Origin: Phoronis australis
Lineage: Eukaryota; Animalia; Phoronida
NCBI GenBank assembly: GCA_002633005.1
Contig: NMRA01001218.1
Location: 1-38,896, forward strand
DNA length: 38,896 nt
Direction: 5' to 3'
Shown here: positions 12,333 through 23,365 of the stretch, one piece after another
Numbering within the stretch: the stretch's first letter is position 1
Layout: every line of letters starts with the position of its first letter
Notes under the pieces: model-generated
What the model was told of the DNA's origin: nothing
What the model saw: the letters and a program-made list of their open reading frames with translations, nothing else
Database searches by the model: none
Translations under genes and position numbers: made by a program

Positions 12333-13744
12333 CACGGGTGAGAAACAACTTGACCGCCGGTACTCTTAAATCGGACGGACTCACCCAAAACAGGACCTCC
12401 AGGGATCAAATGGGACTGTCGCACCAGAAAATGGGACTGACGCACCTAAAAACATAACCGCCCCACCAGAAAACAGGACCGCCGGGGACTGAACATGACC
12501 GCCGGGGATTGAAACCGCAGTGACAAACAAGTTAAGATTTATTACTGGTAAGCCTACTCAGATCATACAATGGAGCTATGTACGTATGCATAGGCAGGTC
12601 TTGTGCTGATTAATCCAACGAAATCTTTCGTGCACTACAGGACACTTCGCTTTGTAACACGCGGCGCTTTTGAGTTTTAACCACAAACCAACCACGTTGC
12701 ACGCTTTTGAGCTAAATAATTATAACGATATCCACTGTAAGTTTTACAACAAAATGAAAATCGTTTTCTCCAATTTTACATTTTAGTCAAGAAAAAATGG
12801 GCATTTTGGTTCTCGATTGAAGCATCATAACTAGCCTTTGTGCGGCAAAGCAGTATACTAAATATACAGCTTGGCGCCGATGTGGGTAAAACACTGAACA
12901 TATAAAATCTTCATCGAATTAGTGTTATTAACGACACTCTTCCTTGAGTAAACTAAATTATTTATCGGCGCTCGCCGGGAAAAATTGTCGTTCTGTCATT
13001 ATTCTGCTGCTAAAATTGAGATGCGTTCTTTTAGGTTGGCTTACATTGACCAGTTCCTTAATTTTTTCACCCTTCAGTCAGCTCCTCTCTTCTTCTACGG
13101 GGTTGCGTACATGGCACAGCAAATTATCGGAACTGGTTTCATTTTGTCATAAGTTTTTAGTATTTTAATACCAGCAAATCAAATTTCAGAACAAATCGTG
13201 CTGCTGCGAAGTTGAGTCATCATCTTCCAAAAGATGTCGCAATATTTTAGGACGTGTCGTGTGCTCATGTGACGAGCGTGACAGACTTTTTTGTTACATT
13301 AGGCAAACAAATGACGTTCATTAGATTGTTTTTCATTCAAGCGGCTGCAACCTGCAAGGTGAGTGTTGATTGACTCCTAGATCTTGCATGCGCCTGCTCC
13401 GCTCGCTAGCTTCACGACGAGGTGACGAGCAGAACTATACCCGGGCTGTGGGATGTAACGGAGCTCAATAACGCAGTGCTACCAAGCTTTATTTTGGCGA
13501 GTCTTTACACAGATAGCTGACCGGTTACACAATTACACGTATTATACAAAGACATTGATAACTACGTATTGTCCGGCAGTCATGTTCAGTCCCCGGCGGT
13601 CCTGTTTTCTGGTGGGGCGGTCATGTTTTTAGGTGCATCAGTCCCATTATCTGGTGCGACGGTCTCATTTGATCCCTGGAGGTCCTGTTTTGGGTGAGTC
13701 AACCCGATTTAGAGGACCGGCGGTCATGTTGTTTCTCACCCGTG
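12333..13744. mobile_element. Non-autonomous TIR transposon with CAC...GTG ends and 5-bp TSD (Transib/RAG-like signature)
   Basis: ~175-bp TIRs starting CACGGGTGAGAAACAAC and ending GTTGTTTCTCACCCGTG, built of ~20-21-bp sub-repeats; exact TSD ACAAT at 12328-12332 and 13745-13749; no recognisable ORF. Confidence 0.85.
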
Positions 13745-15470
13745 ACAATCCTTAACTGAAATTTGCACTGCATCCCAATGTGCAGTCACAAGCAAAAGAT
13801 TACACCTAATCCCCCACCATTAACAATGTTTACCGGAGCCCCTTGTCATAGACATTGTACATGGGTTCTCAAAATCGCGGAAAAGCGCATCTTTTCCAGA
13901 TACGAAAAGGGTTTTAAAAAACATATATGGGTCATTTAGAATGAAATCGCGAGTTGGGTATCCCTTTTAGAAAGCTTAACAGATGAGGATTTTTTAATTT
14001 TTCGGTTTCCTCATTGGACCCAAATTTTAATTTGGAAGGAGGCCAACTGGTAGTTTTGTTGCAGACAGTTATTTTTCAATTTACTTTTGATTCGATAATT
14101 GACATGCGTTTCCATTATAAATTTAAGCCGGCAGTATCTATTACGCTGATGAACGACCATGTGCAACATACGGTCGTTGGAAAAGACTTGACTTAGCATT
14201 GATTTTGTGTCCCAACACTAAATAAAGAATAATGTTCTACTCAGTCACATTCACTGTCTGTTTAACTCAAACATATTTTATTCCTCTATTACACATATTT
14301 GGTCAACTACACACATCCCCTTTCGAAATGGTTGGTATTTTTTAAATGATGAACTAAGCGAATAGTTAGTTTTAGGCAATGCATTTGCAGTTTTTGATTG
14401 ACTAGCTGGTGCCTTTGAGACTGACATGTCTCTAGCTCTAAGCACTCTCAACTGAAACACGGTTGAGAATAGTCAATTAACTCAGGTCGTTAAGTACAGC
14501 ATACATTCTTTTATTTTTTCGCTTGACACTTGCAATTTCGGCCAATGAACACCACTATTCTCAATGAATTCATTAAACACGAAAGGGTCAACATACTTGC
14601 CCAAATCTGTTCTGTGCAAAGACCATGTGGACAGCTCGTGGCGAGATAGCCTTCACCCGGCTGATTTCATTAAAACAAAAAGAATTTTCGCTTACTCGGT
14701 AAGGCCGCACTGTTAGAGCTCGTTAGTAGTTTAGTAGTCGATTACCCTTTTATGACATGTGTTGAAATTCAGTGAATTAAATTGAGCATTTTCAGTGAAA
14801 GCACACTTTTTGGACAAAAGCGATAGTGGAATTTGTGATGCCTTGATGCAAGTTTTTATTCACTTGGTGGATTACAGTGGCCAGTGGTGGTTTACCATTA
14901 TTTAGACAATGTAACGTAAGCATACTCATGACATAAAATTACTTTTGAGTTAGTGGCAAGCTTGGGTGCTCGATTGGAAAGAAGAATCTCTGGAATCAAA
15001 TCCCAATGAGACTTGCATTACTTCACAAAGAGGGTTTAACTTATTAAATTAAACCATTAATTGTCCATAGCAGCAGTCAGTGTTGTGAGTTGTTGACTAC
15101 AAAATAGTGGTTTCACAAGTTTGTCCAAATCTTGTTTATGGTAACTCAGTTTTTTGACTCAAGAGCTTCCAGTTTACCCAGCAGTTAGGTGTTGATACAA
15201 TGCAATACAATATTGCAACTTTCTGATACAATCAAACATGCTACTTACTGAATTACTTTGCTAGAATCCCAAACCAGATGATTTGCATTAGAATTATGTC
15301 ACAGTTTTTTCGAGGGGGGGTAGGAGGTCACCAGATAAGAGCTGGGTTCTATTCTCTGCGCATACTTTCATAAGACCACAATCTTCACTTCCTGAGCTTC
15401 CACCTTCAACTGTGCAAGATACTTACCTTGCATGATGCAGTCTTGCTGTCCCATTCTTGAGTTACAGTTA

Positions 15471-15803
15471 AGCCTTGGTCACAACCCGCCGTACGTGCAA
15501 GTGCGTGCTGTCTACGTGTAAAAACGTGGGGGAAATTTGGCGATCCGTACGTGGCAAGTACGGCCTCCGTGCGTTTTGGTGAATACGCAGGAGAACGCAG
15601 ACACGACGTAGCACTTTTAGTGCATGCAGAACTTTCTCTGCGTGCAAGCTGCGTTCGCATTACAGATTCACGGCAGTACGTGTGACGTACGTCCTCCCTG
15701 CGCTTGCCACTCCCTACTCACGTTTTCAGAAAAACGTGGTGCCCTTGGCGTCCGCAGAAAACGTACGAACAATAAACACGCACGGCGGGTTGTGACCATA
15801 GCT
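15471..15803. mobile_element. PIF/Harbinger-type (Tourist-like) MITE
   Basis: TIR agccttggtcacaacccgccgtacgtg versus cacgcacggcgggttgtgaccatagct; TTA on both flanks; CpG-rich interior. Confidence 0.8.
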
Positions 15804-16574
15804 TTAGTTTCCCAGCAGACTTGTTTCGAGAAACTGGGACAGTGAATGCTTTCACACCTATACACTGAAAAATAATTGTCAGGCAGTCACATCCGTAACC
15901 AGCCACTTGTGCCTAATATGGGCCTTATTGAGACAATTGTCAAATGTTTTTTAGCAGATGAGACTAGCAAGTCCTGAATGAAGGACTTTCTACTTTTTAA
16001 TGTTTGTACTTATTTCACGCGCTCGCTTACACACGCAGATGAACTTCAAAACAAATGTCACATGACAACAACGTGTGTTCGTCCAAAATTTTTTCTTGTC
16101 TGCGGGTTGGCTTACTATCATACATTAGATGGCACGATCTATCACAGATTTCGACTTAACCTACCATTAATCCTGACTCCACGGGAATTTAAAAATCTTG
16201 GGGATGGTATCTGAAAAACTGAAGGAGGATTTCAGGTAATTTGCAATGTAATGAGTTGAAACTGTATTTTTATTCAAGCATTGAAGTTGTCATATCGACG
16301 ATTGCGAGGCAGTCAGTCAACAAGTTTTCGCCCCGAGATTTCAGCACAATTTTTTTGTAAAATGATAGTAATTTAACAACAAAGTTTGATAGCAATGCAC
16401 CTAAATTTTGTATAAAGCCTGCCATAGGTTACAGATATGCCACAGAGTGTATGATGAATCTTAGCTTCTGATTAATCACCCGTTTCGGAGACCGGATTTC
16501 AACCGCCTTGAGTTACAAATGTTTCTAAGCGCCCTCAGAGCGGTTATTAGGGTGAATACGGTATTTAAATTCTA

Positions 16575-16925
16575 TTCTTAAAAAATGCAAATTTTGTGGA
16601 ATTTTGTGAAGCTACTCTTTCTGTTAGGGTTTTGAACTGGCTTTCAGAGGATTTTTCTATTTTTCGCTAGGAGGTCTCCTTTTCGAATTATTTGGGATTT
16701 TCTGATGACGATGTTCCTTTGTTGACTGATTTTTGCTGCACTTTTGTTGGTTTACCTTGTATTAAACACGACTATATTTTTTACTCATATCTGACTCCTT
16801 TATTTGTCTGATGAGTGTTATCATCATGTTCGTCATTGCCACCATCACCATCATTGCCATCATCTTCAATCAATTAATTTCGCCAATTCAGTTGCTCCTC
16901 CGAGCGCTTTCGATTTTTACTCGAT
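16575..16925 (-). mobile_element. Dispersed, diverged partial copy of the Helentron-like unit of 3169-8770
   Basis: ttttgaactggctttcaga..ttttcgctagga.gtct..ttttcgaattattt..aatttcgccaa..gctcctccgagcgctttc matches the unit ends in the array. Confidence 0.75.
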
Positions 16926-19313
16926 TTTGCCCACCAGATATGGCTACCTTGGATTGGCGCTAAGCTAAACATTGTGCGCTGAACTTTGTTCATTAAGCAA
17001 TGTTTAAATGCGGTAGTCCTATGGCTATTGTTAAATATATGGCTGTATTGGAAATGTTCTGCAGCCTCACTTCTGCTTTTATGTGATGTTGACTATTGAC
17101 TCAGAAATGTACTTAATGGCTGTTTATTTGTTTGATTTGATGTTCTAGGCTGCGGGATTGTGAAAGATGTGGATATGTGGAAAAAATATTCTGGACAGAA
17201 TTGCTTGAAAAGGGGTATGTATTTAAATACTTCCTTTGTCTCATTCTCTATCAATTGCTTTACTGTCTGCCAATGGAATATATCTGAATTGATGGTGCTA
17301 ACACAGCAGCACTGTCTTGATGAAACGTGGTTAAAAACAGATTTGTTCAAACTGGTTGATCAACCCTGAAATTTAACCAGTATATGCATTTGTTAAAGTC
17401 AATTATGTTATCCACAACAAAGGTACATGTGAACTTTCTTTTACAGATAATAAAAGCACTTTTTAGCTCTTCAACTATCAATGACCTGACGAAAAATACC
17501 TTTTCATTCAAAACTTCTTGACTTAGTTGATAACTTTGGGAGTATTTCACATTCTAATATGAGCACATGTGTGTTTTCTTAATGTTTCTTCCGAAAAAAT
17601 ATGTACAAAAAGTAGTGTGGAGCCCAGGAAGCATTATATTTTGCCCTCTGTGTGTTGATGAATACACACAATTTATGTAGTATTGCATTTAAGTATGTAC
17701 ATAAATGCCCCAGGAATTTGAGAAATACATACGAAACTTACATTATTAAGAAAAGGATGTAAATATAGATGTATGATATAATGTTTTGTCGCTGTTAGAC
17801 TCCTTATTTACATTGTTCGAGTGTTTGAAAAGCTCTGCTCTTTGATCTTTTTTGTGCAATTACCAAAGAATTGTCGTCAAATGTCTGGTGTCTCTACACC
17901 AACACTATTGTGAAATGTCTCTAAAATGTGTGTTCACATTAATTTACAAACACAGCGAGCTTAGGACACCTCAGATAATCCAGCGGTGTGGTCCAGTTGC
18001 ATTGGGTCCCGCAATAGTTTGTTAGCCCCAGGTTTTACCCACGTAACATTGTCACGCCTCTTTTTGAAACTGACATTAGAATGCTTCTGATTTATCAGTT
18101 TGCTTTATCCAACTAATGCCCTACTTATATGATGTTAATTGCGTTCAGACAGATATGCATTATGTTAAGTGACTTGTTCCACCAGGTAGCAACAGTTTCT
18201 CATAAGCTCAGCTGTAGAAATGAACTTTGTCTTCAATCCCATTGTTACACAATCTTTTCACTGTTGGCTTTAAATTCCTGAATCTACCAACTTTTACTCA
18301 CAGGATCATGATGCTAATTTTCATTGACACCCAGGTGTATCTTTGCAAATGGTGTACATCTATGTATGAGGAGTAAAAGTCCTGCTTATAAACGTGGCTT
18401 CAGCTGTTTTATTTAGCCGTAATCGTACATTATGCTTTATTAAATTTTGTGTCAGTCACGTTCTGTGTTAAATCCATGAAATTGCAGTCTCCCAAAATTA
18501 TAATTCAACGTAGGAAAAATGCTGAAACATTGAAATTCTGATGTAAGGGTTTTTCAAAATTAATAACAATTTGTGTATTTGCTTGATCGTCTATCGTTTT
18601 CACACTCAACAAAATGAAAGGGGCTATAAGTGACTTATTTGGTAACAGTTTGATGGGAGTCTGTTGCAGTTGTTTTGAGAAGACTGAAATATTGATAATA
18701 TGGTTGTAGCTTTTGCTGAAACTCACGTGGCTATTAAATACCTTACTGTATTGGAAATGTTCTGCAGCCACACTTTATTTTTGATCAAAAATTGCCACCG
18801 AATATGGACCTTGATTGTGATTTGCCCGAATATAATGTATGGTAATCAGCTATTCTTTAAAGTGAAAACTAAGAAAGTATTGTACACAAAGTATAAAATG
18901 CACTTACAAATTAGTTAAATTATAAATCTAGTTGATAGAAAGCCAGATAGCTATATGAAAACTATTGTCAAATTACAGCTGATACTACTGTGTGTATAAC
19001 TTAATTAGACACTAAAATTTTACACAACCCAGGTAGCCCTACATGTCACCTTGTCGTGGAACCTATATCAATATGTATAGATAACGAACGGCGTCAGTGC
19101 ACGCAGAATCTGGAAGTCAACCGACACCCACCTTTGCCCGTTACAGCCTTTTAAGTGAAAAACAATGTAATAAAGTTCATTTTTGTGTAATGCTCCACCT
19201 TTTGTCAGTAACAAGAAAAGTGCCGTTTTGAAAGCAGTATGCTGCTGAGATGCGTGCCGTTTCCTAAAATTTCGCGATGACTGCTTGTCTGTAGCAGCAG
19301 TGGGTGAAGTAAA

Positions 19314-19816
19314 CAGGGCTTGGAATTTTCTGCGGAAATGCGGATTTCCGCTTTTTTCAAATGTTCTGTCCGCGCATTTTATTATATTTCCGCGTAAAAA
19401 AATCGGATTTTATCTAAAATTTCCGCGGCAAATTCCTTTCTTACCGCGGCGTTACAGACGACGTTCCCTTCGAAAAGCGGAAGTTGCTCTTTATGTTTCA
19501 GAGGAACGTAAATTGTCAACATTGTCGGGGCATCTGGGATAGCTTGGTGGGATTTTCAATGGCGTCTCGTGTTATTGTGAACCGCGGCGACAAATACTAC
19601 GGCTCTGCAGCCATAAATGTGTTGGTTGGGAGTGGACCGACGAGCTAAAAGGACGCAGACGCATGCTACTGATGGCGGTAACGCGTCTTCTTTTTTTTAG
19701 TCCTCCCGATTTTTGTCTGGGAAAGGTTCACATCGACCATTTCAAGGCTGCGTAGCGCGCATGATTTGGGCCGTAAAAGTTTCCGCGTTTTTTGTCATTG
19801 GTCATTCCAAGCCCTG
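19314..19816. mobile_element. hAT-like MITE with 6-bp TSD
   Basis: TIR CAGGGCTTGGAAT / ATTCCAAGCCCTG; TSD AGTAAA at 19308-19313 and 19817-19822; internal (TT)CCGCG repeats. Confidence 0.85.
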
Positions 19817-19884
19817 AGTAAAGTATGGACTCAAAGATAAGCCTGCAATGATTGCAGTGCAATCTCCAATTTTTTTATGGCAGC

Positions 19885-19978
19885 CAGTGGCGGATTTAGA
19901 GGTGCGAATGTCTGACAGGCTAAATCCTGGCTAATACTCCGCCCTGCCCCCCAACTCAAAATCCTGGATCCGCCCCTG
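19885..19978. mobile_element. Short MITE (CAGTGGCGGAT...ATCCGCCCCTG family)
   Basis: Imperfect TIRs and exact 5-bp TSD GCAGC. Confidence 0.75.
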
Positions 19979-21510
19979 GCAGCTAGCTAGCCTTATATTA
20001 AATTCAAAAGCCTCCAATTTACCCAGCAGACTAATATTGATACACTGTATTGCACTGTCTATATGTTTTGCAACTTTCTGATACAATCAAATATGCTACT
20101 CACTGCCTTGGCAAGTTTCCCATTGACCAGTTGATGTGCATTAAAAATTCTTCATTGTTTTCAAGGCCATGAGGTAAGGGGTGGGTCCCAATCTGTGCAT
20201 ATATGGTCTTGAGGTCACAATCATCGCTATGCTTCAGCTTGGCTAGTTAAAATGTACAAGAGACTGTGTTTTTTGAGGAAAAAGTTTTAGTAAAATTGGC
20301 TTTGGGGTTATTTTGTTATGAAACGAATAAAATGTACCTGTCTTGCACATGAAAAATTGACTCAAAACGAGGGGTCTATTGACAATACTAAAGACACACC
20401 TGTCTGCACTAAGAAATATATTTTTAGAATCCTTGATCTTTCTCCTTTCAGAATATAGATATGGAAAGCATTATATTTTTTCGATATTTGACTTATTACA
20501 GGTGATGTCCTTTATTAAGGTCCTAATTAATGGCTAATGTGCTTGATTTGATGTTGTAAGAGTTTGTTGTGTGACTGATGTACTGATGTGTATGTATGGG
20601 AACACTTGTGGCATGATATTGTACTAATGGCATGACATGTTTGATTTGATATTGCAGAGGTCGGTCGTGTGGAAACTGTGGTGAAAGTCGTAAAGTGGTC
20701 TGCAGTAGCAGGCTGAGGTATGTAATGGTTTATATCTATGTAGGCATGTAAAAGTGCTGTGTATCCACTCGGCATCAGTTGTTTCATTTTGCATTCACCT
20801 CTATTGTTATGTATTATCAAATTTTGCGTCCATGATTCTTTTTTAAGTCCATGAAATTGTAGTCTGCAAAAAATAATTCAAGATTGCTATTAGGAAAAAT
20901 GTTGAAATGTTGAAATGAGATGAAATTTTGATTATGAATGTGTTTGTATAGTTTGGTATATGATTTCGCTCTTAACCAAATGAACCAGCTGTAAATCATG
21001 AACTGAGGCTTCACGATAAAGTGTGCATAGACAGAACTTCATAATTCCATCTTTCAAGCAAATTTCACATTAGATTTAGTTGAAAGGTGCATAATTATCT
21101 ATTGGCAGTGATTTAAAAAATATGAATTCCAAAGTCAAATAGACGTATTTTACAAAAATACAAAATTTTAGGATTTCAATGAAACTTGGCCCCTGATATA
21201 CTACAGTAAGTGTTTTTATTTTGAGATACCTAACTTAGAAAGTTGTGAATGACTCCCACTATAGGCATACGTAATATGTTTGTGGGCATAAATGGCTTGC
21301 TTAAGTTGCCAATCATGTTTTGTTTGTATTTTGTATAACAAAGATTGGCTGTACTTCGGGAGCAAGTTTTCGGATATACAGGATAGATTAAACGCACGAC
21401 ACTTTTTCATTGTTGACAGTCTTTATTCCGTTACGTTCATACCTTCGCAACAAAACCACTCTCAATTGAACATAGGTAAAGTAACTGACCTAGCAACATA
21501 ATTACAAGGT

Positions 21511-22170
21511 ACACGATATTTCGAAACATACTTGTTTCAAAGTTTGTAAGCCTGATGATTACCTCGATGTTATTTATTTATTATTGGAATAGGAAGTCCT
21601 CCAACTTGGTCATGAAAAGTAACATTTCTAAAGCGAAAGTCCTGTCCGTTGCACAATGTAGTGTTATTTATGAGTTTGTATGCCCTACGAACTAATGCCT
21701 TCGTTCAAACCTCAAACAATTGTTTGCAGACTTTCCTGTTAGTTATCTTTGCATCTTCAAAATGGCGGCATCCAAGATCATTTTCTGCAATGTCACGAAC
21801 ATAAAATCACTTGTTAAGAAATTGTGGAAAACATTTCAATTCAGTGCGTGGAGCACGACGTGCTACGACTGAAAGTATTAGAGTCCTTTTTAATTGCATT
21901 TGAGAAGCCTGTTTTCAATGAGCAGCAAACAGGGTCGCGCCGCACGTTACACTTTCCCGTTACCCCCCCTTTCATTATTCATTCTTTGCAGTATTTCTCA
22001 CCTGCCGTGTCCCACTGTGTGTATCATCAGCTGATGCTGTGTGGTGGCATTACTGCGTCATTTTATCTTCACTTGAGAATGAAACAAGTATGTTTCGAAT
22101 TATCGTGTGGCGGAATAAAGACTGTCAACAATGCGTTTAATCTGTTTTGTATATTGTAAAGATGGAATAA
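21511..22170 (+). mobile_element. Penelope-like retroelement 3' fragment (GIY-YIG endonuclease remnant) with inverted terminal repeat
   Basis: Peptide remnants SNLVMKSN, SVIYEFVCP, GGIQDHFLQCHEHKI, ENISIQCVEHDVLRLKVLESFLIAFEKPVFNEQ; 29-bp inverted repeat 21511-21539 versus 22080-22108; AATAAA just downstream. Confidence 0.75.
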
Positions 22171-22863
22171 AAGTCGCCTTTCAATTTGAGTAATTGTTTT
22201 ATGTCCTTCAAAACAAACTTGTTATATTTGAAACATAAGATCTACTTTAAGATTTGTGGCAAGTTTTTCAAAAACATATCCTTGTGACTGACGCTCCAAC
22301 ATTGTTCCCATCAATTAATGTGTAGGGCTGGGGAGGCAGATGTCTGTTTTGTGTCATTATTGCACTATCAATGCGTTTCAAACATGAAGTGCGTTAACTT
22401 TGTACGTACAATAGAGAATGAAAATGTTTTAACCCAAGGTGTAGAGTAAATTACCACTCACATCAGCGCGCACATCAAAGACCTGTTGTTTAGTACATCA
22501 TTTTTAGAACACCAGTGCATCAGTCACACGAAATGAAGACGGCGGGTGATTATCTGTTACAGGATAGAATGTCTGCAGTCCTGTGTGTGCGTATAAGCAC
22601 TTATTGTGATGCTAGATGTTTAGTGGTGAGATTCGTGTATGTACAAGAAGTATCGTACCAAAAACATTAACCGAAGACGTTAGACAGTCTCTGATCATAC
22701 AGTGGACGTGCTATATGAACAGCATGAAAATTTGGTTGTGCCAACGGCAGATAACTAATTGGTTGTTACAGAGAGATCATTAGTCCTGTTTAGACATCAA
22801 CTTTTGATCCAGCACAAGTGACACGGAGCAACTTGATTGGTGTCACTATAGTGGCCCAGTTAC

Positions 22864-23181
22864 CATGGGCGGATCCAGGTGTTTGAGTTGGGGGGGGGGG
22901 GGGGGGGGGGGGNNNNNNNNNNNNNNNNNCCCAGCCGAAAATGTAGGGATGCAGGGGTCTCGAATTTTTTGAGTTTGTGGACCTTATTACTAAAAAAACA
23001 AAAAAAAGTGACTGAGATTTGTTCAAGGCCTATGCATTGTGCATTCGCCCCCCCACCCGAGCCCCCCCTGGGTGCGCGCATATACTAGTCAGCAATTCGC
23101 ACCCCGAACTGCCCAATGGTATCTAGGAGATTTTTAGGGCGGCTATGCCCCCCTTGACCTCCCTCCCTAAATCCGCCACTG
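22864..23181. mobile_element. MITE of the same family as 19885-19978, opposite orientation; contains poly-G and a 17-N gap
   Basis: CATGGGCGGATCCAGG..GAGTTGGGG start, TAAATCCGCCACTG end; flanks gttac/gtgac. Confidence 0.7.
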
Positions 23182-23365
23182 GTGACACATGCAATTCACT
23201 AACTGGCAAGACCGAAGTTGTGTGCTGGAGAGTGGAATGCATTATGCACATGTTTTCGAATAGCAGGAGTTGTAGAGACAGAGAACCCATTTGTAGGTTA
23301 TTGCACTTAGCGCAGTAGAGATGATCCTTTCCACCTTGCCCCAGTTTTGCTTTTAGACATATAAT

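Noticed and set aside
14130-14160. YYADE resembling an RT YADD or pogo ADET motif
   Set aside because: No supporting flanking motifs.
16540-16565. TACCGTATT-type Tc1/mariner-pogo terminus on the minus strand
   Set aside because: No partner TIR found, so element limits cannot be set.
22790-23088. Poly-Pro / poly-Gly ORFs
   Set aside because: Derived from the poly-G run and gap inside a MITE.
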